From Candidatus Thorarchaeota archaeon (lineage in GTDB: Archaea; Asgardarchaeota; Thorarchaeia; Thorarchaeales; Thorarchaeaceae), in the NCBI GenBank assembly GCA_011364905.1, contig RDNZ01000002.1:102910-166909 (forward strand): 64,000 bases of DNA, given 5' to 3'. Each line of letters opens with the position of its first letter. Positions within the stretch are counted from its first letter, which is position 1. Both the position numbers and the translations under genes were made by a program. The notes beneath the pieces are model-generated. The model ran no database searches and was not told where the DNA came from. It was given only the letters and a program-made list of their open reading frames with translations. Positions 47,005 through 56,970 of this stretch are shown here, piece by piece.

Positions 47005-47748
47005 ATGTCGCAATTCAATCTTGTAAAGGCAATCCTATTTGATATGCACCAGACGATAACGGATATGACAGAAGGATTCCTGAGCTTGACCAGAAAGGTG
47101 GCTATAGAAGCAGGATTTGATCTTCTACGGCATTCCGACGATGACTTAATCCAGGCTTTTGCAGAATTTCAAGAATGGTTTGATCAGTATCAGATAGGCC
47201 AGGATGTCAACATTCACTTTGGCAATGAAGTAGAACATTGGACTGAGCCCAATAGAGTCATTTTCCGAGCCCTTGGATTTGAGGATATCCCCGTAGACAC
47301 ACTCATTTCTATTGAGAAAAGCTGGAGAGAGAATCTGAAGACTCAGGAAATTCTAAATGAAACTGCCAAATCAACAATGTTCGAGTTGTATAATAGAGGG
47401 TATCACATAGGCATCTGTACTCGGCGGTCATATGATCCGACTGAACGTCTAAGGAGATGGGGGCTTTTCAAAATCCTATCCTCTATACAGTGGACCTCTG
47501 TACCAGGATATGCAAAGCCTCATCCTTTTACTCTAATCCTTGCCGCTAGTGAGATTGGAGTGAATCCTCTGAAATGTGCGTATGTTGGTGATTCCTTCGA
47601 AGTAGATATTCTGGCTGCTCAACGAGCAAGTATGATACCGATACTCACAACATGGGCAAGAACTGATCAAGCGGAGAAAGCATCTGAGGATATCCACATT
47701 ATTAATGAAATTTCAGAACTGCTGGATTTGTTTCCTGATAGGAATTAG
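47005..47748 (+). CDS. HAD-superfamily hydrolase
   Basis: ILFDMHQT, GICT, KPHP and YVGDS..D..AA. Confidence 0.85.
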   Translation: MSQFNLVKAILFDMHQTITDMTEGFLSLTRKVAIEAGFDLLRHSDDDLIQAFAEFQEWFDQYQIGQDVNIHFGNEVEHWTEPNRVIFRALGFEDIPVDTLISIEKSWRENLKTQEILNETAKSTMFELYNRGYHIGICTRRSYDPTERLRRWGLFKILSSIQWTSVPGYAKPHPFTLILAASEIGVNPLKCAYVGDSFEVDILAAQRASMIPILTTWARTDQAEKASEDIHIINEISELLDLFPDRN

Positions 47749-47750
47749 TC

Positions 47751-49082
47751 CTAATTCTTCTCCGTGTTTGACTCGTCTGTTTCTGAAGGCAACTGACTTT
47801 TTGAACTGGTCTTGTCTTTTCGCCGAGTGACTCTCTGTATCATTCTATCTAGCCATATAAGCACGTTCTGCTTGAAGGATGATCCAAGACGAGCCGGAAG
47901 TATCATAGTACTAAGCAAAACTCGGATAGCCTTGTCTTTCATTGTTGCTTTTTCAGGATAACCAATGTATGCAAGAGGATGCTCACGTATTATATCCTCC
48001 AAGGCGACTACAAGAGCCTCTTTTGCTAACTGAGAAAGATCTAGCCCCTTGAAGACATCGCTACTGCTAAAGTCCTTCTTTTCAATGACACTCTTCCATT
48101 TGAGATACTTTGCTTTCTCAGTGATGTCAGTCAATGCATAGGCGAGTTCACTAATATATGGAACAAGAATCTTCTGAACCTCAGTCGGTGTAGGCTCGTG
48201 CGCTAATTCGTTATGCACCATTTCAATTGCACGAAACTGTTCAAGCGGAGGTGAGAACCAGAGTTCATGAAGCAAACCCTCTATCAAACGAAGAGTCTTC
48301 CTATCTCTCTCCTCAATATGGTCTGGGATTCTATCAAACACCTTTTCCATTGCTTTGTTAACAGATGTGCCACTCAAATCCCTCCAAATCCGATCCAACT
48401 TAACGACTGCTTTTGCATATCTATGGAACTTGAAATCTAGGGATTTCTCAATGTCTATTGACGTCAGGACATCGATAGACCGTACATTAAATGTAGTTGC
48501 GCCTCCAGCGATATCCCACAAGCGCTTAGTCAAAGAGGCAATAATGCCTAATGATTTTGGACATTCGATTCGAAGCGCATGGTCTCCGGGTGAAGCCACA
48601 AGGAAACAGGTCTTTAGTGCTTCATCCAGCGATGAAAAGGACGAGAGGTCTGTTGGAAAAAGGTCCATTGCACCATGTCCAGCAGTGGACCATGCAGAAA
48701 GATGGCCGGTTTTCGTGTCATGCTCAACGATAACTCGTTCCTTATCACCAAGATGGTCGAACTGCTGCGTAAAGCCTTTTGAGTAAGCCATCACGGCATA
48801 TAACACATAGCGTTCCTTTGTTGGTTCAAGACCAGGCATTTTCAAAACAAGGCCCACGGCATCAAGTGGTTTCCCTTCGGAAAGCCATGCACCAGTTGCC
48901 TGATCAAACTCCCAGTGGTCACCCAACTGATAGAAAACTTCACGCAGACTCCTAAGGTCCATCGCTTCTTGAGCTTTCTTGAGAGTCTCTTGCTCCCACT
49001 GCTCATAGGCACGCAACATCTTGGCCATACTCTTTCTCTCGAGTTCAAGCCATTGCGTTTCTATCTTGAGCTTGACCTTCAA
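47751..49082 (-). CDS. Hypothetical protein with a Vps62/NPP1-like N-terminal motif set
   Basis: DHLGDKERVIV...WSTAGHG...VASPGDHA. Confidence 0.55.
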   Translation of the reverse strand: MKVKLKIETQWLELERKSMAKMLRAYEQWEQETLKKAQEAMDLRSLREVFYQLGDHWEFDQATGAWLSEGKPLDAVGLVLKMPGLEPTKERYVLYAVMAYSKGFTQQFDHLGDKERVIVEHDTKTGHLSAWSTAGHGAMDLFPTDLSSFSSLDEALKTCFLVASPGDHALRIECPKSLGIIASLTKRLWDIAGGATTFNVRSIDVLTSIDIEKSLDFKFHRYAKAVVKLDRIWRDLSGTSVNKAMEKVFDRIPDHIEERDRKTLRLIEGLLHELWFSPPLEQFRAIEMVHNELAHEPTPTEVQKILVPYISELAYALTDITEKAKYLKWKSVIEKKDFSSSDVFKGLDLSQLAKEALVVALEDIIREHPLAYIGYPEKATMKDKAIRVLLSTMILPARLGSSFKQNVLIWLDRMIQRVTRRKDKTSSKSQLPSETDESNTEKN

Positions 49083-49192
49083 CTGGGATTCCTCGCAGGA
49101 AATATTCTTAGTGCTTTCTTAGCAATTGTGGTTCAAAACTGGATTACTAGTGAGACCACTTATGGATATCGAATAAGTGAAGATAAAGGGCG

Positions 49193-50215
49193 CTACATAA
49201 ACTGAGCTGCCACCTCCGAAACAACGGCAGCAGTAGTCTTCGAGGAATCAGTGATTTGTGAAGGCTCAGTTACGTAGGATGAACGATTACACACCGAAAA
49301 AGATGACAACTGATTGTATACTCCTAAAACTGATTGAGCTGGGGTATCTATCATTTCTAGGTTCCAACCATTAATGGAGAGAATATTGGAGTTGAGCAAA
49401 CGCTCTCGTAGTGATGACAGGACTTCAGTTCTTGCTGACACAGAGATCCTTTCTGATTCATTCGATGGAAATCCAAGATGATAAATTAGAGTCGTTTCCG
49501 CGTCAACATTAACCGCAACGCCAAAATCAACCAGGATAAGTTTTCCGCGTCGCTTAAGCAGTTCTGCAAAGAATTTGGGTTCAACCGAACCAAGGACAGT
49601 ATCAATCCCTTTTAATCGAGTATCAACATAGTATTCGAGATGAGACAGATCATCCTCGAAACCGAAATTGCGCTTGGTTCTATAGCCACTTAGATAACTC
49701 ATGAGAGCCGCTATGAGGAAAACGAGTGCTCCAACAATGCAAAGAGGATAAGAACTAAGTTTCAGGAAGTACATTGTTGAGGAGAGAGCGGCCCATACGA
49801 AAATCCCAAACCAAGCAAGATCACTCAAGTCATCGAGCGTCCCTTTGTCATATTTGCTAATCTGAAGGTCCATTTTTTCGAAAACAAGAGAGATATCGCC
49901 GAGATTGAGCTCCGCTTTGTGGAGAGAATGGTCGTGATTGAGTTGTGCCGGATCAATAAAGCGGAGACTCTCACGAGTAGACACTCCTAAATCATAGTAA
50001 GCGCGGGTGGCTGGAATACCGAAGGCAATTTGAGATCCGAACAACAGAAGACCAGACAAGACTCCCGGAGTTGTAGAGCAAACCAACATCAGAAATAGAC
50101 TATACACGAATCCGATAAGCAGACTGAAAGAAAGAATCAAGAGATGATTTCTTCTGACACTATAGATATCAATTAGGACCAGTTGCTTTGAAGAAATCTC
50201 TGCCAACAAACTCAA
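49193..50215 (-). CDS. Membrane protein (4 TM plus C-terminal soluble domain)
   Basis: Two TM pairs. Confidence 0.75.
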   Translation of the reverse strand: MSLLAEISSKQLVLIDIYSVRRNHLLILSFSLLIGFVYSLFLMLVCSTTPGVLSGLLLFGSQIAFGIPATRAYYDLGVSTRESLRFIDPAQLNHDHSLHKAELNLGDISLVFEKMDLQISKYDKGTLDDLSDLAWFGIFVWAALSSTMYFLKLSSYPLCIVGALVFLIAALMSYLSGYRTKRNFGFEDDLSHLEYYVDTRLKGIDTVLGSVEPKFFAELLKRRGKLILVDFGVAVNVDAETTLIYHLGFPSNESERISVSARTEVLSSLRERLLNSNILSINGWNLEMIDTPAQSVLGVYNQLSSFSVCNRSSYVTEPSQITDSSKTTAAVVSEVAAQFM

Positions 50216-50299
50216 TTTCTCTGCTCCTCGCTATTCAGAGTGATGGAGCGGTTTAAAGCCTTGATGTTTAAAGCGGCACCCTATGGTTCCTGTTTGGAT

Positions 50300-50698
50300 T
50301 CAATCAATGAAGAAGATGTCGCCTTGGTTTTCAGCCGCTTTGATACGAATGTGCATATCGTCTTCTAAGACATAAGTTGCATCAACTACTTTCACCAGTG
50401 CTATTGCACTGTGTTGAGTTGCATGAGCCGCAAACTGACTTATTGATTCGCCAAATTCCGCGACAACAGCTTTTGCGTTTTCGAACAATTCGTCTAATGC
50501 TGCAGGGTGGTCGTAGAAGTATGACTCCAAATCATGATGAAGAACAGGGATCAGGTCCGAAGTCCATTTTCTTTGAAGATCATCCGGTTTACAGATTATT
50601 ACAACCCTGCCAGAGAACTCTCCAGCTTCACTTACGGATTCGCCTCTGAGAATTGGAAAAACTGGTGCATCTTTCTCTGCATTCACAGTATAGCACAC
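50300..50698 (-). CDS. Stand-alone PEP-utilising-enzyme mobile (swivelling) domain homolog lacking the phospho-His
   Basis: LRGESVS.G..SGRVVII; VVAEFGESISQFAAHA...AT.VLED aligns to VTxxGGxTSHAAIVARE...AT..L.DG. Confidence 0.65.
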   Translation of the reverse strand: MCYTVNAEKDAPVFPILRGESVSEAGEFSGRVVIICKPDDLQRKWTSDLIPVLHHDLESYFYDHPAALDELFENAKAVVAEFGESISQFAAHATQHSAIALVKVVDATYVLEDDMHIRIKAAENQGDIFFID

Positions 50699-50831
50699 TC
50701 TTCTAGTTGAAGACCATCGTCAAACGGTTTGGAGAAGGCGAACTTTAACATTTCGGAGAGTAGTAATTTTGGAGATTTCAGCTACCTTCATCCTAATAAC
50801 CAGTAGGAATCATGTTGAGTACGGTGCTTCT

Positions 50832-51359
50832 ATGGCCGTATACGAATTCGAAAATAGGAAACCGATAATCGGTAAAACATCATATGTGAATCATTCTGCT
50901 TCAATAATCGGAAAGGTCACCATTGGTGAAGAGTGCTATATTGCTCCGGGAGCTTCAGTGAAAGGAGACTATGGCGAGATTCGGATTGGAAATGGAACAA
51001 GTATACAGGATAATGTGATTGTTCATGCTCGCCCGGGTGAATTGACCGTGATTGGTGACAATGTGACATTGGGACATGGATGCATTGTTCATAATGCTAC
51101 AGTGAAGGATGAAGCTGTTATTGGAATGGGTGCCATTGTTTCCGATTATGCAGTGGTGGGCAAATGGGCAGTAGTTGGAGAAGGCGCAGTGATTAAAGCG
51201 CGGTTCGAAGTTCCTGATGAAAAGATAGCAGTTGGTGTGCCAGCCAAAATAATCGGCGACATCCAGGATCATCATCGTGAAGAGCTTTCTCGATTCAAGT
51301 CAATCTATCGCGATCTTGCGGGTAGATATCCTGTAGGACTGAAGAAGCTCAAGGACTAA
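50832..51359 (+). CDS. Gamma carbonic anhydrase-family (YrdA/CaiE-like) hexapeptide protein
   Basis: IQDNVIVH, LGHGCIVH and hexapeptide repeats. Confidence 0.92.
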   Translation: MAVYEFENRKPIIGKTSYVNHSASIIGKVTIGEECYIAPGASVKGDYGEIRIGNGTSIQDNVIVHARPGELTVIGDNVTLGHGCIVHNATVKDEAVIGMGAIVSDYAVVGKWAVVGEGAVIKARFEVPDEKIAVGVPAKIIGDIQDHHREELSRFKSIYRDLAGRYPVGLKKLKD

Positions 51360-51378
51360 GTCCAGAAAGAAGAGAAAG

Positions 51379-51399
51379 GAGAGGGCGAAACACCCTCTC
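51379..51399 (-). terminator. Hairpin between convergent genes with a pyrimidine tract on the minus strand
   Basis: GAGAGGG-cgaaaca-CCCTCTC. Confidence 0.5.
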
Positions 51400-51404
51400 A
51401 CCAA

Positions 51405-52169
51405 TTAAACAAGTGATACCATCCGGTCTCTGTTAAATTTACTGAAAGCTAAAGCCCATGTGACTATGAATAAGACTGACGCAATTAAAATAGTGATGAT
51501 ATCGGAGAACCAAATTGCGGCAGGATCAATTGCGCCTCCAGAATCCAAAGACACTAAAGGAAGGAGCATTGGGATCATAAAGATCATCACTGATGCCCCA
51601 GAAACCTGATATGCTTCGTAAACCCGTGAAACCCTTCCACTGATTAGAATCATAACCGAATTCATTGCAAGAATCACTAGTGGCCCTGCTGTGAGAAGAA
51701 GAACCAGCCCAGTGATATCGGGAAACAACATCGGTGGATAGCCTGCAATCAAAAACATGGCTATAGTCGCAATCTCTGTAATCACAATGGAACCCAAAAG
51801 CAAGACAATACTGGGTATGAATGAACTTAGAACCTTGCCAGTGAGTAACTCACGGTCGGTCAATGGCGTACATAAAAGTGGTTCAAGTGTATTTTGTTCT
51901 CGCTCTCCAACCAGTGCATTAGCCGCGATTAGTGATGCAGGGATAATAGCAACCAATCCCAACATCGGAGACATTAATGGACTTACCATTTGCATAATGA
52001 CTAATAGATCTGTAGCGTTAGCAGCTGTAAATACCAACAGTCCAACAGTCCCAATAGCCATTATGGGTCCAATCGCCGCAGTAAAGATGAGTCCATACTT
52101 CACATAGCTCACTTTCATAGCCATGCTAAGATCTGTTCTGGCGACAATCATGGATTTATTCAGAGCCAT
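51405..52169 (-). CDS. ABC-2 type exporter permease
   Basis: GEREQNTLEPLLCTP...GK motif; 6 TM. Confidence 0.9.
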   Translation of the reverse strand: MALNKSMIVARTDLSMAMKVSYVKYGLIFTAAIGPIMAIGTVGLLVFTAANATDLLVIMQMVSPLMSPMLGLVAIIPASLIAANALVGEREQNTLEPLLCTPLTDRELLTGKVLSSFIPSIVLLLGSIVITEIATIAMFLIAGYPPMLFPDITGLVLLLTAGPLVILAMNSVMILISGRVSRVYEAYQVSGASVMIFMIPMLLPLVSLDSGGAIDPAAIWFSDIITILIASVLFIVTWALAFSKFNRDRMVSLV

Positions 52170-53110
52170 TATACATCCCCCTCTTTTACAACGTCCAGAT
52201 AGAGGTCTTCAAGTGTAGCTTCTTCTTCAGCAAACTCCACGATTTTAATACCAGCGAACAAGAGAGATTGCATCAAGGCAGAGTTATTGGTAGTAGGATC
52301 TTCAATAGTGACGATTATTGAGTCCACTTCTTCTTTAACCTCCTGTACAAAGTCCATCGATTTTGCTATGGAGCTTGCCTTCTCTATATCGCCCACGATT
52401 CGGATTCTGAACTCTTGTTTTGCCAAAAGCTTTTCGCGCAGTTCCTGAGTGTTGCCTTCTAAAAGAATCTTGCCTTCGTCAATAATCGCAATCCGATTAC
52501 AGACTCTCTGAACTTCAGGAAGGTTGTGTGAGTTGATGAAAAATGTCTGACCGTATTGTCTTGAAAGATTAAGTATCAAGTCTCTCACACGCTTTGCAGC
52601 AATTGGATCAAGAGCTGAGGTAGGTTCATCGAGTAGAAGGACCCGGGGTCTATGAAGCATTGCTCTACACAAGGCAAGTCTTTGCCGATTACCTGTACTC
52701 AACTCGCCAGCTTTGTCATCCTTTCTATCCCATAATCCCATGAAGGTAAGTAGCTCCTCAATCCTCTCAGGTAACTCTTCTTCAGGAACACTATAGAGCT
52801 TTCCAAAATACACCAGGTTTTCATATGCTGTAAGTGAAGGATAGACGGTGTGATTACCCTCCTCAGGTAGAACCCCAGTTATCTCACGAACTCTCACTGG
52901 ATCCTCAATGATGTCAAATTCACACACAACAGCTGTCCCATCTGTGGGACGTAATAATGTACTAAGTAGTCGAGTGGTCGTTGATTTGCCAGCGCCATTC
53001 GGCCCCAGAAGACCAAAGATGGTTCCCCCAGGTATATTGAGCTCCATATGATCTACAGCAACCAAATCTCCAAAATTCTTTGTGAGTCCAGAGATAACTA
53101 CTTCATCCAA
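52169..53110 (-). CDS. ABC exporter ATP-binding subunit
   Basis: GPNGAGKST, LSTG, LDEPT and SH; C-terminal TLEDLYL. Confidence 0.93.
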   Translation of the reverse strand: MDEVVISGLTKNFGDLVAVDHMELNIPGGTIFGLLGPNGAGKSTTTRLLSTLLRPTDGTAVVCEFDIIEDPVRVREITGVLPEEGNHTVYPSLTAYENLVYFGKLYSVPEEELPERIEELLTFMGLWDRKDDKAGELSTGNRQRLALCRAMLHRPRVLLLDEPTSALDPIAAKRVRDLILNLSRQYGQTFFINSHNLPEVQRVCNRIAIIDEGKILLEGNTQELREKLLAKQEFRIRIVGDIEKASSIAKSMDFVQEVKEEVDSIIVTIEDPTTNNSALMQSLLFAGIKIVEFAEEEATLEDLYLDVVKEGDV

Positions 53111-53192
53111 TTGGGCAGCACCTCGGGTTTTGGAGATACTCGCTAGGATAAAAAGGTGATTGAAAAGGAACGATTGTTTTCAATGAATTGCG

Positions 53193-53444
53193 TCATACGC
53201 GTATCATCTTCTCGACGACCGCAGTCTGAGTTTCTTTAATCCCTGGAATCTTGTGTATCTTCTGGACAGTGATTTCATAGAGTTCCTCAAGACTGTTAGT
53301 TTCCAAAAGGACAACTACATCATAATTTCCAGTGGTCACAGCAACGTTGGTGACCTCGTCAATCTTTTTGATCGATTCTACTATCTCATCAGTTTTTCCA
53401 AGTTCAACGTCCATTAGAATATACGCGTGTATCTTGTCAGTCAT
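53193..53444 (-). CDS. Stand-alone Lrp/AsnC ligand-binding (RAM) domain protein
   Basis: AYILMDVELG...TTGNYDVV...IHKIPGIKETQT. Confidence 0.9.
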   Translation of the reverse strand: MTDKIHAYILMDVELGKTDEIVESIKKIDEVTNVAVTTGNYDVVVLLETNSLEELYEITVQKIHKIPGIKETQTAVVEKMIRV

Positions 53445-53466
53445 TATCAATTACTCCATCTTTCAA

Positions 53467-54726
53467 TTAACTATACTCTTTCATCACCACGAGAGTTTCA
53501 ACGTCCTCAATCCCTTCAATCTTCTGGATTTTCTTTAGAATCAAGGAACGTGTCTTTGTCATGTTCCTACTCCTAACCTTAAGCATATAGTCGTGAGGCC
53601 CTGCAAGAGCAGCCGCTGATTCTACACCTTTTATTTCGAACAGCTTAGGAAGCAAATCACCGGTCAAGGGTTTCACATGAATGAGCACAAGCGATCGGAC
53701 ATCTGAAGCCTCCAATGCAACAACCCCTATCACAACAAGGATTATGCCAAAAATCTTCAATGACCATAAAAACACATCAGCATCAATCACACCAAATGCA
53801 CCAAGAAACAGGAAGTTACCTATCAAAGTCACAGGGATTCCAAGAACAACCGAAATCGATGATAGTGAGTTTACAACAGCCATTTTCCCTCGACCTAGGG
53901 CTCGTACATACATTACTATGGAAAGGAAAGCGGTGATGGAACCTCCCACCATATATCCCAATAATGGCATGAATTGAGTCAACATCGATTGCCAAGAAGA
54001 TTCGCTCATGAAGGGAAGAGCGAGAAAACTCATGACACTGTTTAGAATCAGCAATGTCCAGATTCTCATGTTCAATGAGTCAACATGAAGTCCCGGTGCG
54101 ATTTCATATCGTTTTGTAAGTCTCTGATAGTAAGTCACTAGCGCCGAGGATACGTTTAGAGGAACTAGCACTATCAAAAGAGTAAGGGCATCAAAGCCAC
54201 TTGGAGTTGCACCTACAAGCAAGACGCCAAACAGAATTGAGATGATTGATTGGACCTCAATAATTGTGGGTGTGTCTTTTTCTGCAAGCAGGTCGCCAAT
54301 CAATAGGTAGATAATAACCAACTGACCGTAGGGAAGAACAGTGGATGCATCAGACGAGCCTGCTAGAAGATAATAGCACAAGACTGAGATACCAGCAAAG
54401 ACGCCTGCTATTAGAATGTAAACCATGGGTTTCTTAGGAAGTAATCGGAGTCTATCAAAGTCTGGATCAAGACTATATCCCAAGGACCGTTTTTTCCCGT
54501 TTATCGTGCGTTTTATACTCAGGAATATGAGTACGAGGAGGGTCACAACGAAGCTTGTCCATTGAGCTAGGAATCCGTAGGAGAGATAGTCGATATTCAC
54601 CGTGTTTAGGGCAACAATATCGAAGGAAACAGAGAATGTTCGTAATACCCCTGAACCCAAAGCGAGTGAATAGAAAATCGTCGATGCAGAACGACGACTA
54701 ACAGGTCTCTCACTACGACTGCTCAC
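53467..54726 (-). CDS. EamA/DMT-type transporter fused to a C-terminal Lrp/AsnC RAM domain
   Basis: About 10 TM with DMT-like motifs (DASTVLP, ALGRGKMAVV), then IKGVESAAALAGPHDYML...IQKIEGIEDVETL. Confidence 0.8.
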   Translation of the reverse strand: MSSRSERPVSRRSASTIFYSLALGSGVLRTFSVSFDIVALNTVNIDYLSYGFLAQWTSFVVTLLVLIFLSIKRTINGKKRSLGYSLDPDFDRLRLLPKKPMVYILIAGVFAGISVLCYYLLAGSSDASTVLPYGQLVIIYLLIGDLLAEKDTPTIIEVQSIISILFGVLLVGATPSGFDALTLLIVLVPLNVSSALVTYYQRLTKRYEIAPGLHVDSLNMRIWTLLILNSVMSFLALPFMSESSWQSMLTQFMPLLGYMVGGSITAFLSIVMYVRALGRGKMAVVNSLSSISVVLGIPVTLIGNFLFLGAFGVIDADVFLWSLKIFGIILVVIGVVALEASDVRSLVLIHVKPLTGDLLPKLFEIKGVESAAALAGPHDYMLKVRSRNMTKTRSLILKKIQKIEGIEDVETLVVMKEYS

Positions 54727-54784
54727 TCATACTATCCCCCAACTCTAACCTAAACTGCGCTGCTATAATGGTATTCCGTGAATT

Positions 54785-55906
54785 CTATTCCTCTTCAGCT
54801 TCTTCTGCTGAATTTTCAATGATGGATTCAGGCGCTTCGGTTTTCTCTTCCTCAGCAGACTCACCGCTGGAAACTTCAGATTCTGATTCAACCTCAGTAG
54901 CGTCCTCTAGGGTTTCCTCTTCCTCTTGTTTCCGTGATCGTTTCTTTGGTCTCCTCTTCTTGTCATCGGTCACTTGTCGTTGAGCAAGAATGAATTCGTC
55001 AAAGGTGAGCCGCTTTCCTGACTGAAGTTTCTCAACTGCCTCTTCTGCGCGTTCGCGTTCTTGGGCCTTTTGATAGTCGCGCATCTCTTGCCGTTCAATA
55101 TCACGTTTTTCGACCGTGACTTTCCTTAGTTTTCCCTGAATCTCCTCTATTTGCGTACGAAATTCCTTGAGCTTGGCTTCGCCCTCTTTGACTTTCTTCA
55201 ACCATTCAACGAAGTTCTTGTGTGCTGTGTCAGCTGACTTCTTGTACTCCTCAAGCTGAGGACGTATCCGCACCACCTCTTGATGATGAATCTGTGACTG
55301 CTCAGAAAGCTCGATGACCTTCTCATGAGCTTCTGAAGCCTCTTCCTTGAGTTTTCTTGCAAGTCTTCGGAGCTCGCTAATTCGGTCCTGCTTTTCTTTC
55401 TCTTGGCCAATTTTAACAAGCTTGGTTTCAATCTTGGCGATTTCCTCGACAATAGCTAACTCTTCATCTCTTGTAAGCTGATCAGTCTGTTGTCGCCACT
55501 CCAGTTCTTCAACTCGACGCATCATTCTACGTTGGTCAGTTGAGGGACTTCCAACAAGGTTGCTACGCAATTCGCGAATTTCATCATAAACACTCTTCAA
55601 TTGAGCATGAATAGCAGTCCTTCGCTCTTTGGCTTCCGAGATATCTTTGTTTATCGCATCACGAGCTTCGCGCTCTGCCTTTACGGATTCAATGAGCCCT
55701 CGCACTTCCTTATTGTGGTCGTCTCGAATTGTTTTGTATTCCCTCATTTTATCCCGGTCGCGTCTGAGAACCTCAAGTTCGTCCCGAGCTTGTATTTTGA
55801 GTTCCCGGAGCTTTGTCCTCAGGAATTCAACATCTTCTGGTTTGGCTTCTGCAGCTTCAGTCAAAGGTAATTCTGTCCTTAGAATTTCGTTTTGCAGGTC
55901 CTGCAT
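54785..55906 (-). CDS. Archaeal long coiled-coil protein (COG1340-like)
   Basis: Heptad-rich; LEWRQQT...EE, A..AH repeats and KLQSGKRLTFDE; acidic tail. Start uncertain. Confidence 0.8.
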   Translation of the reverse strand: MQDLQNEILRTELPLTEAAEAKPEDVEFLRTKLRELKIQARDELEVLRRDRDKMREYKTIRDDHNKEVRGLIESVKAEREARDAINKDISEAKERRTAIHAQLKSVYDEIRELRSNLVGSPSTDQRRMMRRVEELEWRQQTDQLTRDEELAIVEEIAKIETKLVKIGQEKEKQDRISELRRLARKLKEEASEAHEKVIELSEQSQIHHQEVVRIRPQLEEYKKSADTAHKNFVEWLKKVKEGEAKLKEFRTQIEEIQGKLRKVTVEKRDIERQEMRDYQKAQERERAEEAVEKLQSGKRLTFDEFILAQRQVTDDKKRRPKKRSRKQEEEETLEDATEVESESEVSSGESAEEEKTEAPESIIENSAEEAEEE

Positions 55907-55991
55907 AGCAGGACGGATTTCGTTCACCCAAACGGGTGTAAGATAGACCTCAATCGAAAAGAGCCTTCTTAAAAGGTTTCGCATGGAACGC

Positions 55992-56891
55992 CTAAATTTG
56001 ACCAAACTCGTATGCAATACGCTCGGATATATCGAAATCGGTAACCTGCTGCAAGCCAGCCCAGCCTGGAGTTGCGTTGAGCTCCAAAATCCAGAGGTTT
56101 CCTTCCATATCGGGTATGATATCAACACCTACCAAGTTTCCTTTAACTGAGCTTGCAGCCTTCACTGATAGTTCACTAACATCTATGGTATTCCTTCGTG
56201 GAATGCCTCCGCAATGTATGTTGGTGGTGATCCCCTCGCCTCCCACTCTCTGCATTGTTGCAAGAACCTCATTATTAAGCACAAGTGCGCGTATATCGAA
56301 TCCCGGACTTCTTACATATTCCTGAAGAAGGTAGGCACCCTTTCCAAACATCTGACTATGGAACTTCAAATAATCATAGATGTTGTCAATATCAAATTCT
56401 CGTTCAATTAATTGCACGCCGAGGCCGCCGAATCCCGTTATAGGTTTCAGAACACAAGGGTAGTGCGTCTGAACAAACCTTGCAGCATCGTCAATTGACT
56501 CAGTGATGAGTGTCCTTGGAACGGGAAGGCCTGCGGATATTAGCCGACGCATTGTTTCTGCCTTGTTTCTCATCAGAAGAATCGAAGACACAGAGTTGAT
56601 TACTCTAACACCCATTTCAGTTAGTGCTGAGAGGAGACCGACGCGATTGAAGAAGGCGCCAATATCATTTGCGCCTAGGTCTAAAACAATGAGAAGGTCC
56701 AATGATGACAAATCAACTCCGTTCATGGAGATTTCGTGTTTGCTTGTAGCGCCTTTTCTCGATACCTTCCAAGGTATGACCTGAATGGCATCAATACCAA
56801 GCTTGCGAAAAGACTCCTCAAGACCCTGAGCCCGTCGAGAGAGAGGATCTGATGAAAACAAACCAACCTTTGACACATGTTTCGGACTCAA
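55992..56891 (-). CDS. RimK/LysX-family ATP-grasp ligase
   Basis: NK, VLKP..G.GG.GV, LLQEYV, DIR, TNIH.GG, GVDI and LELNATPG. Confidence 0.92.
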   Translation of the reverse strand: MSPKHVSKVGLFSSDPLSRRAQGLEESFRKLGIDAIQVIPWKVSRKGATSKHEISMNGVDLSSLDLLIVLDLGANDIGAFFNRVGLLSALTEMGVRVINSVSSILLMRNKAETMRRLISAGLPVPRTLITESIDDAARFVQTHYPCVLKPITGFGGLGVQLIEREFDIDNIYDYLKFHSQMFGKGAYLLQEYVRSPGFDIRALVLNNEVLATMQRVGGEGITTNIHCGGIPRRNTIDVSELSVKAASSVKGNLVGVDIIPDMEGNLWILELNATPGWAGLQQVTDFDISERIAYEFGQI

Positions 56892-56970
56892 ACTTATCGC
56901 TCCATGTAGGAATCAATCAATTCATACCCATAACGACTAGCTTTTATGTTCTCTTAATTCTGACGAGCTT

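Noticed and set aside
55907-56128. N-terminal 74 aa of the 447-aa coiled-coil ORF
   Set aside because: Overlaps the RimK gene in another frame; the true start is probably near 55906.
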